Assembly: GCA_002269645.1 (NCBI GenBank)
Contig: NIVC01001530.1
Coordinates: 62,001-126,000 of the forward strand
From: Macrostomum lignano
Lineage: Eukaryota
DNA length: 64,000 bases
Direction: 5' to 3'
Shown here one piece after another: positions 12,601 through 25,423 of the stretch. A program made the translations under genes and the position numbers. The first letter of the stretch is position 1, and each line of letters opens with the position of its first letter. The notes under the pieces are model-generated. The model was given only the letters and a program-made list of their open reading frames with translations. It had not been told where the DNA came from and made no database searches.

Positions 12601-13216
12601 CTGTCCGTCAAAAGTTCCGGAACCCTTGCTACGATGTCTTCTAGCGGACATAATTTCAGTCCGTTTCAATTGTAACTTGATTCAAATGAAAGCTGCGGAT
12701 CTCAGCTCCATGATGTGGTCAAGAAAAAGTTTATTCGAAGGAGCGCGTGTGAACAGGCCAGTGTTATGTACATAAAGGTTAGAGAAAAAAAGTGAGGAAA
12801 AGACAAACAAGCAATTGTTTTTTACTCTTTTTTACTCTCCCATGAAAGCTGACTGCACAAGAATCCATAAGAGCCTGTTGATTTCAACACAAGTTTTGGC
12901 CATAGACTAATGTTAGCCAGGCTGAACAGTGCGCGAGTGCGCGCGCGCAAACCGATTCCTTCCCATGTGTGTTTGCTCCATAGACTCAGCAACCATAGAC
13001 AATTGCTTGTTTGTCTTTTCCTCACTATTTTTCTCTAACCTTTATGTACATAACACTGGCCTGTTCACACGCGCTCCTTCGAATAAACTTTTTCTTGACC
13101 ACATCATGGAGCTGAGATCCGCAGCTTTCATTTGAATCAAGTTACAATTAAAACGGACTGAAATTATGTCCGCTAGAAGACATCGTAGCAAGGGTTCCGG
13201 AACTTTTGACGGACAG
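12601..13216. mobile_element. Foldback MITE with about 218-bp TIRs (CTGTCCGTCAAAAGTTCCGG...), probably Tc1/mariner superfamily
   Basis: 12601-~12820 is the near-perfect reverse complement of ~12999-13216; about 180-bp spacer; left flank TA, right flank CA. Confidence 0.85.
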
Positions 13217-14724
13217 CATATATTAGAATTATAACTATAACTATTAGCTAATAATAATTTATTAATAATTTAATAATTTATTAATAATTTATAACTATTA
13301 GCTAACGACTCAGGAGTTAATAGCCTTTGCTTCAGTGAGGTAGTGTGACATACACCTAGCTAACTGTTTATCACTTTGTGTCTTTCATCATGTTTAAACT
13401 AAGATACTTCCATCGTGGACAGATCGATAGCTGTGACATTAGTAATGGCTGCCATTTTTGTCAAGAAAAGAATTTATTTAAGAGATCCTATCATGGGCAT
13501 ATTGTACTCGTGTACCAAAAACGCAGATACCAAAGACTACTCAAGTAGGACAGGAAACTACATTTCTTGGAAAAATTTAGGAGGCAGGTTTCATCGATAA
13601 AATCACTGGCAAGGTAGGAGGAGGTCTTCATTTTTTCAGTACAAAAATTCTGACTACATTCGATAGGAGGCATACCCAATGATCATCTTTAGACATGATA
13701 TGTCTCTTTTAGCTCCATCGATATTCAGAGAGCCTTTCGTTTAGGAGATTTGGATTCTATGTTAGTTTTATATCCTACGTACAATCGCACACGTACTGTG
13801 CCTAAAATCATTAAAAGGCACAGCTCGACTCATTATTGGTTTTATAATCTAATTTATCTTTCTTAGCTCAATGACTGTAAAACAAAATCACAAAATGTGT
13901 CACAGGACATGTACAAAAGATATAAAATTAACATAATAATCCTAATGTTCTAAATGAAAAGCTCAATGAATATCAATAGAACTATAAGAAAGGCATATCA
14001 AAATATGAACATTGGGTCAGTCTGCTATCAAAAGCAACAAGGATTTTTGTACTGAAAACTTCTTTTGAGTAGTCCCTGGTAGATACATGCACGTGTAATA
14101 AAGCAACGTGAACTTGAGTATTAATTTTGTGTAGGCGTTTAAAGACTTCTTGTGAACAGAAAACGAGTTCATAACTAGGCCACTCTACTTAAAAAGTAGG
14201 ATGTTTTGCGCTTGAGAAAAATATGTACTATTCAATTTTCTTCAGTCACAGTTGCGAATTTAGAACTATGAGTTCGTATTTACACTACTGACGAGAAATA
14301 TCTACTGAAAAGCCACGCTAGCCCAACTTAGCAAAACTAACGCTAAAAAGTAGATAGCTATATAGTAAAAAAATATTCGCGCAAAAGTTTGATTACAACT
14401 TTCTTCGATGACATAAGCTGCAAGCTAATAGCAGAAACCACCCGTTTTTATTTTGGCCATTCACGACTTAACAAAATAATATGGATAATGAATAAAATAG
14501 ACAGTTTGGTACACGACCAATGTATTGAGATGCGTGCAAGTGCAAGTAAATTGATTATGAATGCATTTAATCATTACAGTATTGTGCGCGACACAAAATA
14601 CACAAAGCAGTGAGTGACTTGAGTGAGGCTTAAATGACTTAGCAAGTTAAATTCCTAAAAAGAGATGCAACGTAATGCAACGAGATGCACACGGAACAAG
14701 CGATCACCGCTAGAATTCCCAACT

Positions 14725-15638
14725 AATGAGGCGTATTAAAAAACAAATGTCAGTGACCTCATATCTCAGCTTTGACAGGCCACTTTGACTTGATTTTTTT
14801 ACCACTTTATATAGCAGCATGTTATGAGTATAATGTGTAAAAATCAGCAGAAATCACTGACGCATTTCAACGCAAGGAGCTGTTCAAGTTTGTTCCCCTT
14901 CTATCTATATGCGTTGCATTTGTGTGTGACATGGCCAAAGCAGGTTATGGAATGAAGAAAATCAAGGAGGCTCTGTCCATGCAAAGCCCACCCAGACGAT
15001 CAACTGTCGGAGACAGATCTACCGCCTAATTTGACAGGAGAAAGAGGGATTTGACACCGAAGACCAGCGGAAGTTCAACCAGAAGAAGACCAAACGCTCG
15101 GTGAGACAATCACTCCTGTCCAGACAGCAGTGGATTCGAGCCGTCGTGTAAAAATTGAGGAGGAATTCGCAGCCGAATTCAGCTTCTCTGTCGGCCCTGT
15201 CCACTTGATCCTCCACAAAGATCTTGACCTGGCCAAACAGCAACGCGGTTTTCCATTGGGATAATGTCCGTCGATGGTTAGGCCCGTTCAGCAGAAAGCG
15301 TGAGTAGTTTGAGGAGAGATACTTGATCTATGTACTTCCTCATCCACTGTACTTGCCAGATTTGGCTCCCGCATGCTTCTAGCTCTTTCGTAAAGTAAAA
15401 AAACAGTTATCGGTCATCCAGCTTGCTGACAACTCAGTCAGGAACGAGTCGGAACGGGTTGTGAGAGGTCTCCCAGCAGAAGCCTTTGCCCTGGCCTTCA
15501 GGAATTGGATAGATCCCTGCGAAAAGTGCATCGAACTCGAGGGAGACTATATTGAAAACTGTGTAAAATAGAATTGCGTACCTGCTTAGGGAGCTGAGAT
15601 ATGAGGTCACTGACATTCGCTTTTAAATACACCTCGTA
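14725..15638 (+). mobile_element. Degenerate, internally deleted mariner element
   Basis: About 45-bp TIRs (..GAGG(C/T)GTATT..AATGTCAGTGACCTCATATCTCAGC); transposase remnants MAKAGYG...PPRRSTV, EEFAAEFSFSVGPVHLILHKDLDL, PDLAPACF*LFRKVKKQL and AFRNWIDPCEKCIELEGDYIE (mariner C-terminus). Confidence 0.85.
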
Positions 15639-15979
15639 TCTTAACCACGTATTAATAAGTGGTTTAATTCACAACTGAGCGATGGAAAAGTAAAAAATTC
15701 GAATTATAGCTAAAATATTAATTTTTATACTTAAATGCGCGTGCAACATTTCATTTGTTAAAATAGCAGAGCAAAAATGCTAGTTTTACTGACGATAAAA
15801 GCTGCCAACTACAGAGTACATAGCCTTGACTCTGAGCTGAAGACATTAAAGTTTACGCAATTACCAAATGCGCGAACAGGATAGAAAAAGTGTAAACAAA
15901 TTATAAGTGAAATGCATAGAACAAGCAAATATAAACACGGACGCGTGCACTAAAGATAGATACAAAGGTCTTCTTAGAC

Positions 15980-16128
15980 CAGGGGTCGGCAAACTCCGGC
16001 CCGCTAAGGCCTTTCTCATATATCTTTTCTCTATTCCATCTCCTCTCTCGCCCCTTCTGTGGCCCGCAGTCATGCGCTAGGCTCTCTATCTGGCCCTTGA
16101 TGTAAAAAGGTACGTTTTTCGACCCCTG
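15980..16128. mobile_element. hAT (Charlie-like) MITE
   Basis: Termini CAGGGGTCGGCAAACT...GGCCC and ...TCGACCCCTG; TSD not clean. Confidence 0.65.
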
Positions 16129-16178
16129 TCTGCAGTGTCTTGTAGACGAGTTAAAAAGATTTATCTTAAAGAAGACAT

Positions 16179-16991
16179 TTATTCATAGAGATCCTCCTGT
16201 AGTGAATCCTGACCAGGCTCCTCTACTTCAGCGTGCACCTTGGAGTGATCCTGGAGGTGGCCAGATTGGCTAAACTTCTTGCCGCAAACTTTGCACTCGT
16301 AAGGCTTCTCACCTGTATGCATCCTGGCGTGTTTGTTCAGGTTAGTCGACTCGCTGAACGCTTTGCCGCACACCTTGCATTGGTAGGGTTTTTCACCCGT
16401 GTGAGTTCTATTGTGCTTCGCTAGGTTGGAGCCTTCGTTGAACTTTTTGCCGCACACATTGCACTCGAATGGCTTTTCGCCAGTGTGCAATCGAGAATGA
16501 CGTTTCAGTACGTAAGGTAATGCGAACTTCATGCCGCACACTTCGCATTGGTGAGGTTTTTCACCTGTGTGCGTTTTTAAATGAGTAGACAAGCTACTAG
16601 ACTTTGAGAATCTCTTGCCGCACACTCGACACTGGTATGGTTTTTCGCCAGTGTGCACTCGGGTGTGCTCAGCCAAACCTGAGTTATGGCAGAAACTCTT
16701 CTCGCAAAATTTGCACGAGTAGGGCTTTTCACCAGTATGACTTCTCATGTGAACTTTTAGATACTGTAACTGACGAAAGGCTTTGTCACACACCTTGCAG
16801 TGAAATGGTTTCTCATCTGTGTGAACACGCAGATGAGATTTAACATTGAACGCGGTTTTGAATCTCATTCCACAAACATTGCACTGAAATGGCCTTTTGT
16901 TACTGTGAGTGATCAGGTGTTCAGTTAAGCGAGACTTTTTAAGATAAATCTTGCCACACTGATCACACTGGTGAATCTTTTTGACTCGCAT
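16179..16991 (-). CDS. C2H2 zinc-finger protein, 270 aa, 9 tandem fingers with TGEKP-type linkers, no obvious effector domain
   Basis: Intact ORF with nine CxxC-x12-H-x3-H fingers; an in-frame TGA lies two codons upstream of the ATG; possible 5'UTR acceptor TTATTCCAG| at 17015/17014. Confidence 0.9.
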   Translation of the reverse strand: MRVKKIHQCDQCGKIYLKKSRLTEHLITHSNKRPFQCNVCGMRFKTAFNVKSHLRVHTDEKPFHCKVCDKAFRQLQYLKVHMRSHTGEKPYSCKFCEKSFCHNSGLAEHTRVHTGEKPYQCRVCGKRFSKSSSLSTHLKTHTGEKPHQCEVCGMKFALPYVLKRHSRLHTGEKPFECNVCGKKFNEGSNLAKHNRTHTGEKPYQCKVCGKAFSESTNLNKHARMHTGEKPYECKVCGKKFSQSGHLQDHSKVHAEVEEPGQDSLQEDLYE

Positions 16992-17531
16992 TATTCAATG
17001 ATGAGACGGTCTGTCTGGAATAAAGGCAATGTAGCTAAACTGTATCATTTGTATAGATAATTGCAATGTCTGGGTGTAAATATATAGTTTACTTTACAAA
17101 AATGAAGGTAGGCCTAGTATAGCAAAACGAATACAGTCTATCTATGAGTATATGACTGACAAGGAGTCTAACACAAGTTTTTTAGTCAGCAGACAAATAG
17201 GCACATATGTTGAATGATGATTAGGCCAGTAACTTTATGCTAGGCTCATGCTTGGGTGAAAGCCAATAAATTTACAAATTAAAGTATGTAAGACACCCTT
17301 TGGCGTGTATACTTATAAGCTATGCTCCTTTCCTTCTTGTTTTCACTAGTAAATCATGTTACTTAATGAAGTGTTGACTTCTCATAAGACTATGCCTTAA
17401 AAGTTGAATTCATAGATCTAAAACTGCTGGCCAACTTAACCAATTCAGCTAGTATATTGTGCTTTTACAAGTTAAAAAATTGATGAATATCTGAAATTTT
17501 ACTTTGATTTTTGTAATCACATAACTAAGTA

Positions 17532-18779
17532 TTCGGTTGTCGAGAAAGTTCTTGCGGTTTCTCGAACCTTCTTCCAAACTGAGTTTTTTTAAATATGGAA
17601 GGACTTTAAGAAATGAAGTAATTGCCATCTGCATCAATCACTTTTGCCATTTTTCAGGCAGAGACATAATGCCATCAGCCTAGAATTTCTCAGGTTTCGA
17701 GGCAAAAAACTCGTTGAGCCAGTTATCCAAGGCTTCCTCATCAGCGGTTTTGCTCGTCAAGGCATTGGTCAGGGCCAAGAAGAGATGGTATGGTAGTCAC
17801 TAGGCGCCAGGTCGGGGGAATACGGAGGATGAGGCACCAGTCGACAGCCAAGGTCCAGTAACTTTTGGCGAGTCATCTTGGCAGTGTGGGGGCGGGCGTT
17901 ATCGTGCAGGAATCGGACCGGGCCATGATTTGGTCGCTTCTGTGCGATGGCGGCGGCCAATCTGTCCAGCTGTTGGCAGTACAGGTCGGCCGTAATCGAT
18001 GTGTTGGTTGGCAGCAGCTCGTGGAGGATCACACCTTTGCAGTCCCACCAAATGCACAGCATGACCTTGCGGGGGTGGAGTCCGGCTTTAGGCTGTGGCT
18101 CAGGGGTCGCGTCAGCATCCACCCACGACCGTTGACGCTTGATGTTCACATATAAGCATCATTTTTCATCGCCAGTAACAATTGACTTCAACCCATTGTG
18201 CGTGCGCCGATAGGAGAGAAGAGTAGTGGCCGCCTCTGCCCTGCGTTCGCAGTCATGATCGGACAATTCATGGGGTACCCATTGAGTCAACTTGTGCACT
18301 TTGCCCAGTTGATGCAAGTGAGTGGCGATCGTTTGATGGTCTACCCCAAGGACTTGCGCCAACTCACGCGTGGTTTGTCAGGGGTCAGCCTCAATGAGTG
18401 TGCGCAGGTGGTCATCATCCACCTCAGGACGCCCTGACCGGGGTAAATCTTCGAGGCTGAAATCTGGCGAAAGCGAGCAAATCAATCTTGCGCAGTGCGT
18501 TCAGATACAGTACCAGCACCAAATGCACTGTTAATGCAGCGGCTTGATTTGGCTGCTTTGATGCCAAATTTGAAGTCATAGAGTAACAGACCACAAATAT
18601 AGGGTCGAGAGAGATCCATGTAGTTGATCTGGCTTTGATAGCAACAATCATGAGAAGAGTCTGTCAAGATTGCACACACCCACCCTCAATATATACCCAC
18701 ACAGTAAGCTTCTAGAATGTTCCATAAAGTTCTGGGATCGAATTTTCTAGAAACTGCGAGAACTTTCTCAACAACCAAA
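17532..18779 (-). mobile_element. Full-length (about 1.25 kb) mariner element with a disrupted DD34D transposase (17606-18619)
   Basis: TIR TTCGGTTGTCGAGAAAGTTCTTGCGGTTTCTCGAA vs TTCTAGAAACTGCGAGAACTTTCTCAACAACCAAA; left TA; motifs MDLSR...LYDFKFG, QWVPHELS, IVTGDEK, KVMLCIWWD, FLHDNARPH, HPPYSPDLAPSDYH; frameshifts and stops. Confidence 0.95.
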
Positions 18780-21039
18780 TGACATGGTCAGCATAATTTA
18801 AAGTTTGGTACATTTACAGTTGGATTAATTTAATTATTTATATTAAATAGATTAGTGCAATAGACTAGTACACTCCTAAATATTTATATAAAATATCCAA
18901 CTTTAAACAATCAAAAAAGAAAGATTTTAAAGGAACAAACAAAAAATAAACAAAGAATCTAAGAGTACAGAGTCTAGGAGCCAATGGTTGCTAGAATTGT
19001 ACCATCTACTGAAAAGTTACAACAAAGTTAATTAAAGAACAATATCAGTGCAAAAGATAGAATTTTCCAACATAATAACCACATTCTACACTATAGAATC
19101 ATATGGATATTAAATATATTATAAACTACATGAACAAAATGCTATATTTAGCTCGTATATGGCATTTTAAACTCTAAAATATTTATATCTATTTTTTATT
19201 TTAATAAAATAAAATTTAAAAAAGCATCTAATACTATTTTATCAGTTAGATGACTAATTTTGGCATATAATTCACTTAGGTCCATTGCACACAATAGACT
19301 GTGGAACTAGTACCTATGTATAATTTGTCTATTAAAAGAAAAAACATTAGACATTAATCTATTTTTTGGCCTAGAAGCTAATGTCTATAAATTCTTATTA
19401 ATTGATATTATTTTAATATTAGGGACTCCAAAAGGATTAAAGTTAAAGTTTTTTAGTATTTTTTTCTATTTGATTTGATAAATGTCATCTGCCAAATAAA
19501 ACATGCTTATACTTTAACTTGTCAATGCTTGCCAATACTTTTATTTTTAGAATTTGGTCAAATATTAAAGTTACAAAACTTTTTGTATTTTAAGTGTTAA
19601 GGCAAGTGCACTCGGTGCACATGTTATGCCCATCTGGTATAGCACAGCATACTAGAGGGGCTGAGGGGCAGATGTATATTAAGTTATATGAACATATATC
19701 ATTGAATAGCAATGATTGCAGTTGTATAATATATAGCTGCAATATATATCTAATCTATATATTGTGGTGTCTGGCCTGTTGAGTGCTCTTGCACTTAGTT
19801 GTTTGACTTCTTTTCAGCATGCACCCTAGGTGGCCATCCCCAGACCAGTCTTGGCTAGTTGGAGGTTGCCTAGCCTGGCTTGAGTCTTCCTTCTTGGTGG
19901 CTACCAATTGGCTAGGCTTGTATTTTTTCTTTTTACTACTTGTGGTGGCCTCTAATTAGCTGGGCCTGTGAGTTTGTAATTTTCACTTTAGCCTCATTCA
20001 ATCAGATCTGCTCGGTAGGCACGCTGATTGGCTGAAAGGTTGTTTCTTTTTGCATCTTTCTCTCTTTCAACCTGTCTGCCTCTCTACCTTAATTAAGTGG
20101 TATATATTGCACTCAGGCCTGGCCTTAGCCAGAATTTCCATGCTCTGGGCCTTGCATCTAGCTCTCCAAACTATTATACTTTAAACTAGCAATATTCAAG
20201 CAAGCTATAAAGATGGTCTTTTACTATAAGGACTTAATCAATTGCAAGCAAATAAAGTATATAATTGTTAACAATATTTAAATTAGCTTCATAGCTTCTA
20301 GCACTGGTAAGACCCCAGTTCATTTGCTTCTTTAGCTTTTCTAAGGCCTTGCCATAGCAGTGGTTCCATAGCTAGAGTGTCATCATACTTGCAACTATGA
20401 ACATTGCAGTACAGCAGCGTTGTATATTGCAAATTATTGTAGTACTATATTGGTTACCTTATATAGTGTGTACAACCTATAGTATTAAAACTGGAAGCAC
20501 TCGAGAATGTTACCACATCTTGAGCCATAGCATGAACTCTAGGCCTAAGTGTCACAGTATCAGATAGACTAATCTTTATGGCTCACCTGCTTGTATTGTA
20601 TTTATATAAATACTAGATAGAGTGTCACTATGCCTATTATATTAATGTATAACCTATTGTACCCAGGTCTAGGCACTCAAACTGACCTAGGTTACAACAA
20701 TTTATATCTTTATACTATATTGATATGCCTGGAATATACAACAATATATCAGCAAAAGCTTTTATAGCTTTTTAAACTTTACAAATTTAGAAATAATATA
20801 ATTTTATAAAAACTTTATATTATAAATAGTTTTAACAAATCTAAATACTTTAAAAAAATTATAATAATATTACTGATTCACTAGATAATAACAAAGTTTC
20901 AAGACTACTAAAATTAGATTTAAAAAAATTTGGAACTTGACACTTTTCTCTACCCTTTCTCCTCAATGCCTTATTTTCTCCTCTTATCTTGAACAGCAAA
21001 AATATGGGCAAATTTTCTTACTTCAAATGAGATGAAATA

Positions 21040-21530
21040 GAAAATTAGAGATGAGCAAACAGAGGAAAGGCGAGCAATGTGATAGGAGAAAAGATAGAAG
21101 AAAGAAAAGCTGAGTGAGGAAAAGGTAAAAGAGAAGAGAAGATAAGAGGAAAAAGGAAATATGATAGGCCTTATGATAGATAGGCCTAAGATTAGAAAAT
21201 AGAAAAAGGAAAGAGGAGAGAAAAGAAGAAAGGAAAGGAAAGAGTAGATGAGAGTGAGATAAGAGAAGATAAAGAAGACATAAGAGGAGAGTGAAAAGAG
21301 TAGAAAAGAGAAGAGATTAAAGAGGAAAGATAAGATAAGAGAATAGAGTAGAGAGAGCCATTTCCTCTTGATTGCGACTTAGTTCCTCTGATTGCAACTT
21401 AATTTTCACTTTGTATACAACTTTTTTTGCCTTTTTCTCTTTTTCTCTTTCTCTTTCTCTTTACTCTTCCCTCCCTTTTTCTTTTTATTTTCTCTTTATT
21501 TCCATTTTTTCTTCTTCCAATTTTTTTGTT
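21040..21530. repeat. Low-complexity A/G-rich tract followed by a C/T-rich tract
   Basis: Visible purine run at ~21040-21355 and pyrimidine run at ~21420-21530. Confidence 0.7.
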
Positions 21531-22989
21531 TTTCGCATTTTCAATTTTTGCAACCTAGGCCTACCTTGGCTAGTAGACATTTTATCCATCTGGTTTGGAT
21601 AGGTGTTGGGCATATATGCTATTACACTAAGAATCAGACTATGAAGCAAGCGCCGCAGAATAGGGGGGGGGGCAGAAAGGGCAGCTGCCCCCCTGACATT
21701 GAGTTGGGGGGGGGGCAATGTCCCCCTTCAAATACCGTTCAACAGCATAATTTTTCTTACATTTAAAATTGTTTAAATTTACTGAACTTGTCTACATCAC
21801 GCAGCAGCGCGTAAGACAGGGTAGGGCAGAGCCGTGCTAGGGCCAGGGGGTCTTGTTCATAGAAGCCCAAACTTTGTATCCTAAACTGTACAAGCGCTAG
21901 GCGCCCACCTCCCTCTGGCTCTGATTTGCTAGCTGGGGGCCTGGGGCTAGGCTCTGATAAGTAAAACATTTTTGGGGTGGCGTGTAGGGTCTGGGATGCA
22001 AGCAGTAATACACTTGTACTGGTCACATGACGAGGGTCGGTGTTTTTTTTCCTGATTTCTGAACCTACATGGTATGTACATTTAAAGAAAGGCCTCTTTG
22101 TTGTTAAAGATCTATCTAGAGCTGTAGAGCTAATATAATTAATGCCTCAATATCCAGTTCTTACTCCCACATCAAATTCTATTTTTAATTCTTCAGCATT
22201 ACATTACAGCAACCAGCTATAGCAAACAGGGTTTGATCGCTATAAAACTTCTGGCCAAGTAGCTTGTAGATATTACTTTTTTTATTAATTTTTTATATAT
22301 GTGGATGTGGATGACTAATTGATAAATAATTCTACTATGAGCAATCCACTACCAAGCAAGCGATTCAAGCAGACAAGACTGTTTTTTGCCAAGTAAACTA
22401 CTAGCTAGCAAACTACTAGCTCTGCATCAGCCACTGACACTTCTGTGTCTACATGTGTTTCTGGGGCTGGGACTGCAGGGACCAATCCAGTCAATGACAA
22501 TGCTTTGGCATCCCATATACTAAAAATGAAATGTCTGTAGCTATGCGATAGATTTCAAAAAAATTGGCTCAACCGATTTTCTTCAAACTTGCACCATTCG
22601 ATAAGAAATTTTCCTGGGACGGTACATGCATCTTGGCTAAGACATTGCTCAATGTTAAAGGGATTAAATATTCGAAAAACATGCTTTTTTGCAAAGGTCA
22701 AGCAGCTCTTTCGACCTGAAATGCATTGTAAGAATGCTAGAGAAAAAACTGACTGACTGAATTCCGATTGTGATAAAGATTGCATCACAACAAGTTGAAA
22801 ACAGTGCCGAAGAAATGCACACACGACTTGATTTAAATTGCGTAACCATATTGCTAACTTAAATTGAGACTGATACTGGCTGACTGAGAAATTGATTTTG
22901 TCATAACTTTTTACACCAATTGACTTGCTGTAAGAATTGAATTATAAGGGCCACAATTCATGTTCTCCAATTGAAAAGAGATAGCCCTG

Positions 22990-23045
22990 ATGCGAACAGA
23001 CTGGAATGCTAATGTAGCGACCTGGGTTCGAATCTTAGTAGTGCA
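22990..23045 (+). mobile_element. tRNA-like (SINE-head) fragment
   Basis: B-box GGTTCGAATC; shares AGCGACCT(G/A)GG(T/C)TCGA with 35199-35270. Confidence 0.3.
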
Positions 23046-23109
23046 AAAAGATTATTTTATTAAAACACCTTAAAAACACAACAAAACTGCTAAACATCAA
23101 AGAAGCGCA

Positions 23110-23545
23110 ATGTCAAACATAGAAGAGCCAACATATCGAACATAAAAGAGTTACCATGTCAAACATAGAAGACCCACCATGTCGAACATAAAAGACCCAC
23201 CATGTCAAACATAAAAGAGCCACCATGTCAAACATAAAAGAGCCACCATTTCGAACATTAAAGAGCCACCATTTTGAACATTAAAGAGCCACTATGTCAA
23301 ACATTTTAGAGCCACCATGTCAAACAATTAAGAGCCACTATGTCAAACATTTAGGAGCCACCATGTCAAACATTAAAGAGCCACCATGTCGAACATAAAA
23401 GAGCCACCATGTCGAACATTAAAGAGCCACTATGTCAAACATTAAAGAGCCACCATGTCAAACATTAAAAAGCCACTTTGTCGAACATTAAAGAGCCACC
23501 ATGTCCAACATAAAAGAGCCAACATGTCAGACATTAAAAAGCCAC
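23110..23545. repeat. 21-bp minisatellite (AAAGAGCCACCATGTCGAACAT-type), left part of a split array
   Basis: Same unit as 29029-30110. Confidence 0.95.
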
Positions 23546-24807
23546 CCCTAGATGACATTGGCTTGGGGTTTCTTACAAGATCTGACTTGAACTGCGCCCT
23601 AAGTTCTTGCAAGAGCTCAGCAGATCTTCGCCATTGAAATACATAGTCAATTCTTACCAGATCTTCTGAACAGATCATGCAAGATCTTCGGGCCAGATCT
23701 GCTAAGATGACACAGGATCATGCAAGTTCTTGAGGCCATATCTTCCAAGAAGATACAAGATTAGTCAAGATCTGATAAGGCATAGAAGATGAATGTCTAT
23801 AGCACGCAATGCGCGTGCAGTACCTCTATGGTGCATACATAATCAAAATTTTAAGACTCGGGAACTCGGGAAGTTACCTGAAGAAAAAAGTAATATAAAC
23901 AAAAGAACATTTTTCTCTGCATTTTATTATTGGGTGAATTATTGTGGCACTATTGGGCAATTCCCTATTTAAACATTTTTACTATTTAATTTTTATTTAT
24001 AATTTACATACAGAGAGCATATAGTATTTACAAAAGCATGAACACAAAAACATAAAGGCGTAATGAAGTAGCAAACACAGCAAAATACAATAAAATTCCA
24101 TTGCAAAAATTATAGCAAATTATAATTTAATTGCAATCTCGACAAGCATGCGATATAAACTAAATTATAAACATTTTCCTTAAAAATGTTGCTAAAACAA
24201 ATCTTTACAAAATTAGGCTATCATACATATATAGTCATTGGCTCATTTCCTTTATAGCTAACACAAAATTTAGAAAGTAAAAATTCACAATCAAATTGCA
24301 ATTCGTCCAATTTAATATTTAAAGTATTCTACTGTAAGTAGAAAGTATAACATTTGAGTAAAATTGCAATAATTGCAAGTGAATTGCACAGCAAATTGCA
24401 ATTTAATTAATTTTTGTGGAAATAAAATTACAATTACGGCAATTATATAAAATTCTTGGCAATATTTCTAATTTCATCCCAATCCGGGTGTCTTGGAGGG
24501 GAGGGAACGGCACATCTTAAGAGCAAATTGCTTCTGCAAGAATAAGTGTTGAACAATTTTCTCTAAAATCAGAGTAACTATAGTAACTTTTGCTCGTCGA
24601 AATTTCCGTTTTGCCATATTGCATTACCAACCGTTTCTTTCTGTTAATTTGATGCCAGTTAGTTAAAAAGCCCCCATTCTGATATGGCTGCATTAAAAAC
24701 TGTTTACAAAACTGTATTTTGAAAAGTAAACTAGAAAAGTTTTTTAAAGTATTAAGTTTCGCAAATCTGTTCACCAAAGGCGGCTAGGCATAATGACAGT
24801 TAGAGTG

Positions 24808-24895
24808 CAGCTGGGCACCGAAGGCAGCTGGGCACCGAAGGCAGCTGGGCACCAAAGGCAGCTGGGCACCGAAGGCAGCTGGGCACCGAAGGCTG
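24808..24895. repeat. 17-bp tandem repeat (GCAGCTGGGCACCGAAG), about 5 copies
   Basis: Directly visible. Confidence 0.9.
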
Positions 24896-25423
24896 AGCAC
24901 CAATGCACAGTAGGCAACGCAGGGCATCTGGCAGGGAAATGAAGATATTTGTGACACTGACAAGACTAATATTATTCACTTTCTACTTCGAAATTCGGAT
25001 TTTAGAGCTAAGTAAGCAATATATTAGGTTTTTAAACTACATATTATTTTGCACTTGTAGCTTGTACTAGTAATACCCAGAGCGGCTGAAGATAGACAAA
25101 ATTTAATCTAGTAAGCAAAATAAAAATGTACTCATAATCAGAGAACGAAAAAACGACACGAATGTGTAGGCGCGCTGCCTGCTTACCTGCTAGGGTTGCT
25201 CATACTGCTGGGGCTGCCGTGTCGCCGCAGTGCTCATGCATACTGTGTGCACCTGCCAAGGGGGACGCAAAGTTGGGTATGAAGTTCTGTAGATTCTTAC
25301 TGACATCTAAAGTTATTACAGACCGAATGGATCAAATTCAAGATAGTGTTAATGTACTAATTACGAAAAAATATACTTTGGTTTTACACAGAAGTAAAAA
25401 ACACGCGCAAATAAATGGGCTAC

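Noticed and set aside
14285-14315. Hammerhead ribozyme core (CTGACGAG...GAAA); similar at ~37298
   Set aside because: Stem II does not pair and the conserved C before GAAA is missing
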